64,000 nt of DNA, from positions 24,396 to 88,395 of the forward strand of contig JAIPHA010000001.1 in the NCBI GenBank assembly GCA_021735445.1, written 5' to 3'. Below are positions 49,401-56,411 of the stretch, piece by piece. How positions within the stretch are numbered: the first letter of the stretch is position 1; the number at the start of each line of letters is the position of its first letter. The position numbers were made by a program, and so were the translations under genes. The stretch is from Candidatus Omnitrophota bacterium (GTDB lineage Bacteria > Omnitrophota > Gorgyraeia > Duberdicusellales > 4484-171). The notes beneath the pieces are model-generated. The model was not told where the DNA came from, did no database searches, and worked only from the letters and a program-made list of their open reading frames with translations.

Positions 49401-49869
49401 TTTGAGCCTGGCAGGCGATTGGGCCCACCTTCCTGTTTCTCAGGTGTGGAAGATAAAACTAAGAGAAGATAAGCGAATAATTTGGGAGGTAGAAACTGAA
49501 GTCCATCAAGAGTTAGAGTTGGAGGCAATACAAAATAATCTTATGGTTTCACCTCTATATAAAGAGTGGGCGGCGCCTGGCTTTAGCCGGGGTGAATTTA
49601 GCGAGATTTTTACCGGTAGTTATGATATATTGCCCTTTAGGGCCTGGAGCGGGCCGGCTGACAAACTATTAGTTAAAAGCAGAGAGTTACCTGATTTGAG
49701 TTTTAGGCGGGATAAAACAAGCGGGGGGCTGCAAGGGCTTTTAGAAAATAGTGATTATTTTTACCGGTCTCGTTTGATTCAGTACCAACAGATTGGTGTC
49801 GAAAAATTGAAGCCGGGTAAATATAGTAATTTTAAAGGAGTGGTTGAAATTGAGCCGAAAGAAAATTAA
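46489..49869 (+). CDS. wzt: Polysaccharide ABC exporter ATPase with a ~890-aa tail of four tandem unknown domains
   Basis: AQNGAGKTT, ELGAGF...TGREN, YSQGM, ILLIDD..AVGD, VTH; followed by four repeats. Confidence 0.92.
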   Translation: MKAVNLDNIWEKYRIKFVKENGVSWREVWALREVNFAVEQGEVLGIIAQNGAGKTTLLKIIAGMLMPDRGKVNVRGKVSTLMELGAGFNREFTGRENIILNARIYGLSKKDINIKMQEVIEFAGLGEFIDAPIKYYSQGMYLRLAFSLAISLDPDILLIDDIIAVGDEASSCRCIDKIRQLKKEGKTIILVTHQMDMVAQMCDRVIHLNKGKIIDAGSPGKIIPAYLETVGRKEGIKVFEKYDFRVVFNNGRLSLSYAGNPLTGKMGVSAVWFNPRINGWVSSKDLNWQNIAKDNASFIFEGSHQGFDSLQVWTISLEKDILEWTVKFEGKEIQNPHFDLGFRALYDHWVVEKKEEEFLPFLSKLNWQDLGTHDCFFGGVGMFSSQKSGSLPAFIFGQKKQAQKIKLFNTGYHNETRVAQSLLDSNCAEFYIRLFSQKRNLLKYMEKKKKELPASYRFCRLEYKHLRIEASGREKTIKIYYRGREVTAGCGMSVSFQRKEEWYSAVSARWKLVQKEDCIQGELFWPDFRLRQVWEISIKEGGVCWKADIDTAKINEIDDFKMGILVREEYKRYVSGHQEGVFPKDFTNWMDIDLEDKKAEHLGTNASGDLPGIILTNKGRWMNVVENSDKKNRCRALQFRLPFRNFKEKGFSTEINIFKDNLFAGKCVEEKKPFWPSNLVSVSAAAVKVGIDLDAKKIRLFYQGREISERACLRNHLLISEKGFESRFMGWQVEQISKDKAVLTMSIKNFPVVERWEFFCGEDNSLKIRIDLEVGKKVRIIDNGLSLELKDGYQSWFTAGEKGDFIAKKYENDTGAIRMKDSNVSAICLKSGESKNFPDLTFAFNPSCQDRIINLYKKRPGNDYGSSIGIYTAKLSTRKKSFFKPGSYNLLEGKMFFGKQPGLSSFQKKTNKVKLARPGLELNFYQGKGRLYWKGKEITAGLGIYSCFCHFGIWHDSSLAAWEVIEQNRDNLSLAGDWAHLPVSQVWKIKLREDKRIIWEVETEVHQELELEAIQNNLMVSPLYKEWAAPGFSRGEFSEIFTGSYDILPFRAWSGPADKLLVKSRELPDLSFRRDKTSGGLQGLLENSDYFYRSRLIQYQQIGVEKLKPGKYSNFKGVVEIEPKEN
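47200..49860 (+). repeat. Four protein-level tandem repeats (~220-230 aa) starting near 47200, 47870, 48530 and 49230
   Basis: Recurring pattern h.h[YFW].G..hT...G...W.S...W...Q.W.h...Y..[WY]....G.F...LP.h.h...EN. Seen in the protein; no obvious DNA identity. Confidence 0.8.
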
Positions 49870-52114
49870 AGAAGCTGAAATATTTAAGAATCAGTTAAGA
49901 GTTAATTTTAAAGATAAAGCAATCCATATTTTTTGGCAAGGGAATAAGATAACTGAAAAAATAGGCCTAAATTCAGCGATAAGTACTTTTGGCCTATGGA
50001 CTAATTCTTCTTTTGCCGAATGGGAGGTAGTTGGCAGCGGCGAGAGCTGGATGAAATTAAAAGCCAGATGGAGTTATCTGCCGGTTATCCAATATTGGTC
50101 TCTAAAATTAGGCGATAATTATCAGATTGATTTAGAGATAGATATGGAGGTAGAGGAAGAGCTTTGTATTAAAGAGACTAAGCTATTGTTGTTGGTTTCT
50201 CCGCTTTATAAAAACTGGTTTAGCGGGTTTAGGGAGGAAAATTTTCCTCAGCTTAACGGTTGGCAAGAGTTGTATAATTTTAGAGGCCACTCTGTTTTAA
50301 CCGGTGTGCGTTTTCCTCTTGACGGCGCGGTTCTTCCTCCGGTAGCTTTAGAATTTAAGCCTAAGAAGGGCTTAGAAAATTATACTTTTATCGAGAATCC
50401 TTCCGCGGAAATAAATACGCGTTTTCTGGGTGAAAAAATATTATTTAAGGGCAAGGAAAGGTATTTTTCTCCCGGATATCATAGCTGGTTTAGGACAAAA
50501 ATTAAAGTATTTGAAACTGAACAAGAAGTTAGCCGGTATATCGAGAGGCAGCGGAAGAAGTATTTTAGGAAAAAGAAACAAAATGTTTTAAAAAATAAAC
50601 CTTTAAATTATAAGCCTGCTGAGAAAGTGTTGTTAGCAAATATGCCTTGGCAGGATAAGGCGCGTCAGGGGGTGCGGTCGGGATCGCGTTGGCCGCATAT
50701 GAAAGATAAAAGCGAAGGCAAATATTTGCCTTTTCCTTTTTTTTTAGCCTATAGCGCTTCTTTATTAAGGGCTAATGGGGTTAAGACGGATTTAATCGAT
50801 GCGATTGCAGAAAGAATGCAATCTGATGATTTTATCGAAACTCTTGCCGGTAAAAATATCGATTACTTGGTTGTAGAGACTTCGGTCCCTTCTTTTGATT
50901 ATGACATTAAATTATTGGAGAGAATTTCTTTATTGGGGATTAATATTATTTTATGCGGCCCTCATCCTTTGATAGCCTCTTCTGATTTTTTAGCTGAAAA
51001 TGATTTTATTGATTTTGTTATTTTTGGCGAATATGAAGTTACTCTGCTTGAGCTGCTTAAGTTTTTTTCTAAAAATGACAAAGATTTTTCCTCGATTAAA
51101 GGCTTGGTTTGGCGCAGGAGAAGCGGAGAGGTGGTAAAGAATGAAGCCAGGCCGCCTTTTGACATAAATATTTTGCCTTGGCCGCATCGGGAAAGTTTGC
51201 CGATGGAAAATTATTGGGACCTTCCCGGAGATATTCCTTATCCTTCGGTTCAGATGGTCGCATCCCGGGGATGCCCTTTTGGCTGTAATTTCTGCCTCTG
51301 GCCGCAAGTGCTTTTTGGAGGCAGCAGTTATCGGATTAGGAATATTAAAGATTGTATTGATGAGATGGAGTTTATGGTGAGAAAAAAGGGTTACAAATCA
51401 GTATATTTTGACGATGACACTTTTAATATCGGGAAAAGAAGGATGATTGAATTTTGTAATGAGATAATTAAAAGAGGGTTGGAAGATACCCCTTGGGCGA
51501 TTATGGCCAAGGCTGACCTGATGGATGAAGAAATTTTAGATAATATGAAAAAAGCCGGATTGTGCGCTGTAAAATATGGGGTAGAAAATGCCGAACAAAG
51601 TTTAGTTGACCGGTGCGGCAAGGGATTGGATTTAGCTAAAGCAAAAAGGATGATTGATTACACTAAAAGCTTGGGGATTAAGGTGCATCTTACTTTTTCT
51701 TTTGGCTTACGCGGCGAAACTAAAGAGACTATTGAAAAGACTATCGATTATGCCTTGAAATCAGACCCTGATTCGATACAGTTTTCCATAATCACTCCTT
51801 TTCCGGGGACACGGCTTTTTGAGGAATTGGAAAAGGAAGGAAAAATTTTAACCAGGGATTGGTCTTTATATGACGGGCATAACAGCTGTGTGTTTGCGCC
51901 CGATAACCTTTCCTGGCAGGATTTAAAAGATGCTAAAGATTACGCTTATAGGCTATGGGCTGATTGGCAGATGCGCAAAAGAGGCTGGCGGGGGAATCTT
52001 AATAGATTTTATAATTACAGTAAGTCCGGCGGGGTAAAAAAAGCTTTGTTAAAGAGCGGAAAATATTTAGGCTATCTTGTTTTCAAGCGAAGAAAATTTA
52101 TGGGAAAAATTTAA
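49844..52114 (+). CDS. B12-binding radical SAM protein with an N-terminal copy of the Wzt-tail repeat domain
   Basis: LLANMPW..GVRSGSRWPH, CGPH, GEYE, SRGCPFGCNFC, DDDTF, GVEN. TTG start at 49844 or, better spaced from AGGAG (49836-49840), 49850. Confidence 0.92.
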   Translation: MKLSRKKIKEAEIFKNQLRVNFKDKAIHIFWQGNKITEKIGLNSAISTFGLWTNSSFAEWEVVGSGESWMKLKARWSYLPVIQYWSLKLGDNYQIDLEIDMEVEEELCIKETKLLLLVSPLYKNWFSGFREENFPQLNGWQELYNFRGHSVLTGVRFPLDGAVLPPVALEFKPKKGLENYTFIENPSAEINTRFLGEKILFKGKERYFSPGYHSWFRTKIKVFETEQEVSRYIERQRKKYFRKKKQNVLKNKPLNYKPAEKVLLANMPWQDKARQGVRSGSRWPHMKDKSEGKYLPFPFFLAYSASLLRANGVKTDLIDAIAERMQSDDFIETLAGKNIDYLVVETSVPSFDYDIKLLERISLLGINIILCGPHPLIASSDFLAENDFIDFVIFGEYEVTLLELLKFFSKNDKDFSSIKGLVWRRRSGEVVKNEARPPFDINILPWPHRESLPMENYWDLPGDIPYPSVQMVASRGCPFGCNFCLWPQVLFGGSSYRIRNIKDCIDEMEFMVRKKGYKSVYFDDDTFNIGKRRMIEFCNEIIKRGLEDTPWAIMAKADLMDEEILDNMKKAGLCAVKYGVENAEQSLVDRCGKGLDLAKAKRMIDYTKSLGIKVHLTFSFGLRGETKETIEKTIDYALKSDPDSIQFSIITPFPGTRLFEELEKEGKILTRDWSLYDGHNSCVFAPDNLSWQDLKDAKDYAYRLWADWQMRKRGWRGNLNRFYNYSKSGGVKKALLKSGKYLGYLVFKRRKFMGKI

Positions 52115-52118
52115 CTAA

Positions 52119-55100
52119 ATGGAATATTGGGATAAATTATTTGCGGCAATAGAAGAAGGCAGCGGCCGCCTTTGCGGGCCGCATACTTTACAAATTGACC
52201 TTACCGATAGGTGCAACAACGATTGTATAGGCTGTTGGGTCCACTCTCCTTTATTAGATAAAAAAGAAATTTTTCCAAATGGCAAAAAGGACCTCCCGTT
52301 TAGCCAGGTAAGGCATTTGATAGAAGACAGCGCTAAATTAGGAGTTAGAGAAATTATTCTTTCCGGTTCGGGAGAGCCTTTTCTTTATCCGGAGATAGAA
52401 GAAGTAATAAAGTTGATAAAAAACCGTGGAATTTATTTAAATATTATTACCAATGTTTTATTAATGGAGGAAAAGCTAGCCGAGCTATTAGTTAAATATC
52501 AAGTTGATTTGATAACCGCAAGCATTTGGGCTGGAAGCCCTGAAATTTATTCTTTGACTCATCCCGGCAAAAAAGAGAAAGATTTTTGGAAAATTAAAAA
52601 AAATTTATTAAAGTTAGCTTACTATAAGAAAAAATATAAATCATTATCGCCGCATTTAAAAATATACAATGTAATTTGCAGTAAAAATTATAGCGATCTG
52701 GAGGCAATGGTAGAGTTTGCTAAAGCTAGCGACAGTGACTCGGTAGAGTTTCAGGTTGTCGATATTATTCCCGGCCGGACCGATTCTTTAGCCTTAGACA
52801 GAAAACACAAGGAAGAAATAACTAATCAGCTGAAAAAAATAAGGCAGAAAGAGGAGATGGTATTTTTCAACTTTCCTCGGGATGTTGACTTAGAAGAGTT
52901 AATCGAAAAAGAAAATCTTGATTTTGGCAAAGTTTGGAAAAACAGAAAAAAAGGTTTTAGCGCTAAACAACTGCCTGATTCCTTGGTTTGCCCCAAAGGT
53001 TATCAGATTGATGAGCAACGGGAAATCGTTTCTGAGTCTATTTCTGTTACTGAGACAAAACCGGCTGTGTTTTGGTATAAATTTAAAAGCGATTTTTGCA
53101 ATAGTTGTGAAGATAACAACAGCTGCCTGGCTCGAGATAAAGCAATTAGCGTAAAGCTTCTTAGTATTTTGGGGATAGGCACTTTGTTAAGAAGAATATT
53201 TCGTTCTGATTTAGAAAAAGGTATTTATGAAAAACAAATTAATTATTTTCCTTGTTATATCGGTTGGTATTATGCCCGGATTTTAACCGACGGGACTATA
53301 ACGCCTTGTTGTAAAGCAGTCAATTTTCCTTTAGGTAATATCGGCAAAGATTCTTTTTTTAATACCTGGAACTCGCCGGCTTACAATGAATTTAGAAAAA
53401 AAGCTAAGGATTTAAATAAAAGCGACCCATACTTTGCCTCGATAGATTGCCTAAGGAGTTGTGATAATTGGGGGATGAATCTTACGGTAGGCAAAAGGCT
53501 AAAACAATTTAAAAACATCAATCCTTTAATAGTTAAAAATCAAGGCCAAAGGATAGTTATACTCGCGAAAAGTTTTACGGCCGGAAATCTTAATATCGGA
53601 GATCATAACTTTGGCAAAAATATAGTTGTAGACGGAGGCCAAAAAGAAGGCTTTGCCCGTTATCTGTTTAAGGTGCGGCAAGCAAAGAATTTTGAGTTGT
53701 GGGCTCGTTATGCTAGTGGAAGTTTTCGCCCGGTAGATATTTATATCGACGGAAAAATAGTTAAAAAGTCTGGGCTGAGTGAAATAACCGGGGGGTGGAC
53801 GGTTAATTATTTGAAATGGAATAAAGAAGCGGAAGTTAAATTAACTGAAGGAGAACACATTTTAGAGATAAGCTCAAAACAATGTATCCCTCATATTGAA
53901 CAATTAGGGTTATTCGAAACGGGAGCGTTACCCCGTCAGTTAAAGAAGGAAAGCAAAGCCGGTTATTGGCGGATGTTTAGCGAACATATTCTTGATAAAG
54001 GCTTGGCCGGCGCCTTAAGGAGAGTGCTTGATAATCTCGCTCCGGATCAGATTAAAGACCGTTATCTGGAGATGCTAGGCATTTATGACCGGCGGTATGG
54101 TTATAAAGGCCCTTTTCATCTACAGATAGATTTAACTAATGATTGCAATAACAATTGTATTGCTTGTTGGTGCAACTCTTCGCTTTATAAAAAGCCGCGT
54201 TTGTCTAAAGAAGAAAAAAAACAATACCTTCCCTTTAGGTTAGTTAAAGAGCTTTTAGATGATGCTTCTCGAATGGGGGCAACCGAGGTATATTATTCCG
54301 GGTCAGGAGAACCTTTTATGCATCCCCGAATTATGGATATTTTAGAGTATACTAAAAAAAAGGGGTTAATTTGCCATGTAAATACTAATTTTACTCTCCT
54401 AAATAAAGAAAGGCTGGACCGCCTTATCAAGATAGGCTTGGATTACCTGACAGTAAGCACCTGGGCCGGAAGCAAAGAGATATATGCCAAGACTCACCCT
54501 AATAAAACCGAATCCGAGTTTGAGAAAATAAAAGATAATCTTATTTATCTTAACAAAAACAAAAAATGTGCCCCCTCAATTAAGCTTTATAATGTGCTTT
54601 TTAATATGAATTATTTTGAAATTGATAAGATGATTGAGTTTGCGAAAAAAACCGCTTCGGAGTCGGTGGAGTTTACTTTAGTCGACACTATCCCCGGTGT
54701 TACCGACGTGTTAGCTTTAGGCGAGAGCCAGTTAAAGGAGCTTAAAAGAAGATGTGAGGATATTCAATATAAGTTAGAGCAGGAAAGTAAACTAAAAGGA
54801 AGCAGTTTGACCCTTTTTCAGTTTGATCAGTTTTTACGGCGAGTTTCGAATTCGGCCGATGCCAAACAGGCAAAATATGATAAAGGGGTAATCGATAGCA
54901 TGCCTTGTTATATTGGTTGGCTTTTTGCCCGGATAGTGCCTAACGGAGAGGTCCATTCCTGCTTAAAAGCGCACCGGATACCGACCGGTTCTTTATACTC
55001 TAAAAAGTTTTCAGAGATTTGGAATTCGCCTCAGCAAGCTAATTTTCGAAAAAAAACCTGTGTTTACCGTAAAGATGACCCTTTTTTTAGATTAATTGGC

Positions 55101-56378
55101 AATGATCCGGAAACAAAGGAAGCGGGGTGCTATAAAAGCTGTGACGATATTGGCAGGAACAGCTGGATGCATAAAAGAATGACGATGTTGACCCGGCCGG
55201 AAAAAGCTTTTTTAAAAGTTGCCGCTAAGGGCTTAAAATTGGCCAGGAAGATTAATCTGCCTCGAAAGACTTCTTTAAGACAAGGTAAGAATCTCCGCAT
55301 CGCGGGGATTCGGCAGGGGCGTCAAGCTTTTCAAGGGCCTGAACAGGTAGTGGTTGATTTAACCAATAGATGTAATTTGCGTTGCCTGTCTTGTTGGCTC
55401 TATTCTCCTTTGCTTGCCGGAAGCCAACCATCTTATGATTCATTAAATCAAGAGTTACCCGGGAAGAAGGTGTTTAAACTTATTGATGATTTAGCCTCTA
55501 TGGGCACCGAACGGATACGTTTTACCGGGGGAGGAGAGCCTCTTATCCATAAAGATTTTTTTCGCTTAGTTGAATATGCGCATAAGCGGGGATTATTGGT
55601 AGGGGTTACCACTAATTTCGGCTTAATTGATAAAAAGGGAATTTCCAGGCTTGTAAACGCAGGTTTAGAAGAGTTGTGCATTAGTATTTGGGCCTCTAAC
55701 CTTGGTACTTATTGTAAGGTTCACCCGGGGACTGATTCCCGCTATTTTGAAAAACTAAAAAATAATTTAGCTTACTTACAAAAAATGAAAACAGGTAAAC
55801 CGCGGATTACTTTTGCTAATGTAATTATGAATAAAAATGTTAACGATTTTACGGAGATGTATAATTTCGGGCGTAAATTCGGGGCAGATGCTTTGTATTT
55901 TACTATAGTAGATATTTTATCCGGCCAGACCGATTCTCTTTTGTTAAATCCCAAACAGCGGGATCAGCTAAAAGCAGAAGCCTTAGCGGTTGAAGAAAAA
56001 GCCGGTAGAGAGGGGATAGAATTAGAGTTTTTTGAAGGGTTTATGAATAGGTTGGACCAAGATAAAGAAGATTTTCAAAAAGGAGAATATGATAAATCTT
56101 TAGTCAACCAGATACCTTGTTATGTGGGATGGATATTTTCCCGTATTTTGGCCGATGGGAGCATAGCGCCTTGCTGCAGGGGGGTTAAGAAGATAATGGG
56201 AAATATTAATAAAGAAAGTTTTAAAAATATATGGTTTTCGGATAAATACAATGAATTTAGGGCTAAAGCTAAATATTTATCCAAACAAGATAGTTATTTT
56301 AAAGAAATAGGCTGCACTAAAGAGTGTGATAATCTTATGCATAATCAGGAAATGGAGAGAAGGATTTTAGAAGGGTGA
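52119..56378 (+). CDS. Triple radical SAM/SPASM polyprotein with an internal CBM6/35-like module
   Basis: CNNDCIGC, CNNNCIAC and CNLRCLSC, each followed by GEP and CY.GW...RI..[DN]G...C...C...CD. The CBM-like segment RYASG..RPV.IYIDG..TGGW..W..L.EGEH lies at ~53540-53915. Confidence 0.9.
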   Translation: MEYWDKLFAAIEEGSGRLCGPHTLQIDLTDRCNNDCIGCWVHSPLLDKKEIFPNGKKDLPFSQVRHLIEDSAKLGVREIILSGSGEPFLYPEIEEVIKLIKNRGIYLNIITNVLLMEEKLAELLVKYQVDLITASIWAGSPEIYSLTHPGKKEKDFWKIKKNLLKLAYYKKKYKSLSPHLKIYNVICSKNYSDLEAMVEFAKASDSDSVEFQVVDIIPGRTDSLALDRKHKEEITNQLKKIRQKEEMVFFNFPRDVDLEELIEKENLDFGKVWKNRKKGFSAKQLPDSLVCPKGYQIDEQREIVSESISVTETKPAVFWYKFKSDFCNSCEDNNSCLARDKAISVKLLSILGIGTLLRRIFRSDLEKGIYEKQINYFPCYIGWYYARILTDGTITPCCKAVNFPLGNIGKDSFFNTWNSPAYNEFRKKAKDLNKSDPYFASIDCLRSCDNWGMNLTVGKRLKQFKNINPLIVKNQGQRIVILAKSFTAGNLNIGDHNFGKNIVVDGGQKEGFARYLFKVRQAKNFELWARYASGSFRPVDIYIDGKIVKKSGLSEITGGWTVNYLKWNKEAEVKLTEGEHILEISSKQCIPHIEQLGLFETGALPRQLKKESKAGYWRMFSEHILDKGLAGALRRVLDNLAPDQIKDRYLEMLGIYDRRYGYKGPFHLQIDLTNDCNNNCIACWCNSSLYKKPRLSKEEKKQYLPFRLVKELLDDASRMGATEVYYSGSGEPFMHPRIMDILEYTKKKGLICHVNTNFTLLNKERLDRLIKIGLDYLTVSTWAGSKEIYAKTHPNKTESEFEKIKDNLIYLNKNKKCAPSIKLYNVLFNMNYFEIDKMIEFAKKTASESVEFTLVDTIPGVTDVLALGESQLKELKRRCEDIQYKLEQESKLKGSSLTLFQFDQFLRRVSNSADAKQAKYDKGVIDSMPCYIGWLFARIVPNGEVHSCLKAHRIPTGSLYSKKFSEIWNSPQQANFRKKTCVYRKDDPFFRLIGNDPETKEAGCYKSCDDIGRNSWMHKRMTMLTRPEKAFLKVAAKGLKLARKINLPRKTSLRQGKNLRIAGIRQGRQAFQGPEQVVVDLTNRCNLRCLSCWLYSPLLAGSQPSYDSLNQELPGKKVFKLIDDLASMGTERIRFTGGGEPLIHKDFFRLVEYAHKRGLLVGVTTNFGLIDKKGISRLVNAGLEELCISIWASNLGTYCKVHPGTDSRYFEKLKNNLAYLQKMKTGKPRITFANVIMNKNVNDFTEMYNFGRKFGADALYFTIVDILSGQTDSLLLNPKQRDQLKAEALAVEEKAGREGIELEFFEGFMNRLDQDKEDFQKGEYDKSLVNQIPCYVGWIFSRILADGSIAPCCRGVKKIMGNINKESFKNIWFSDKYNEFRAKAKYLSKQDSYFKEIGCTKECDNLMHNQEMERRILEG

Positions 56379-56411
56379 TTTAAACTAATCTGTATTAAGA
56401 GGAGTTATCAG

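Noticed and set aside
49830-49875. Frameshift splitting a single Wzt-rSAM fusion
   Set aside because: Repeat 4 ends complete, and AGGAG precedes an in-frame TTG, consistent with two translationally coupled genes.
49844-52114. Hopanoid locus (GSRW motif reminiscent of HpnJ; class III aminotransferase like HpnO)
   Set aside because: No squalene-hopene cyclase or squalene synthase genes are in the window; the resemblance is only at family level.
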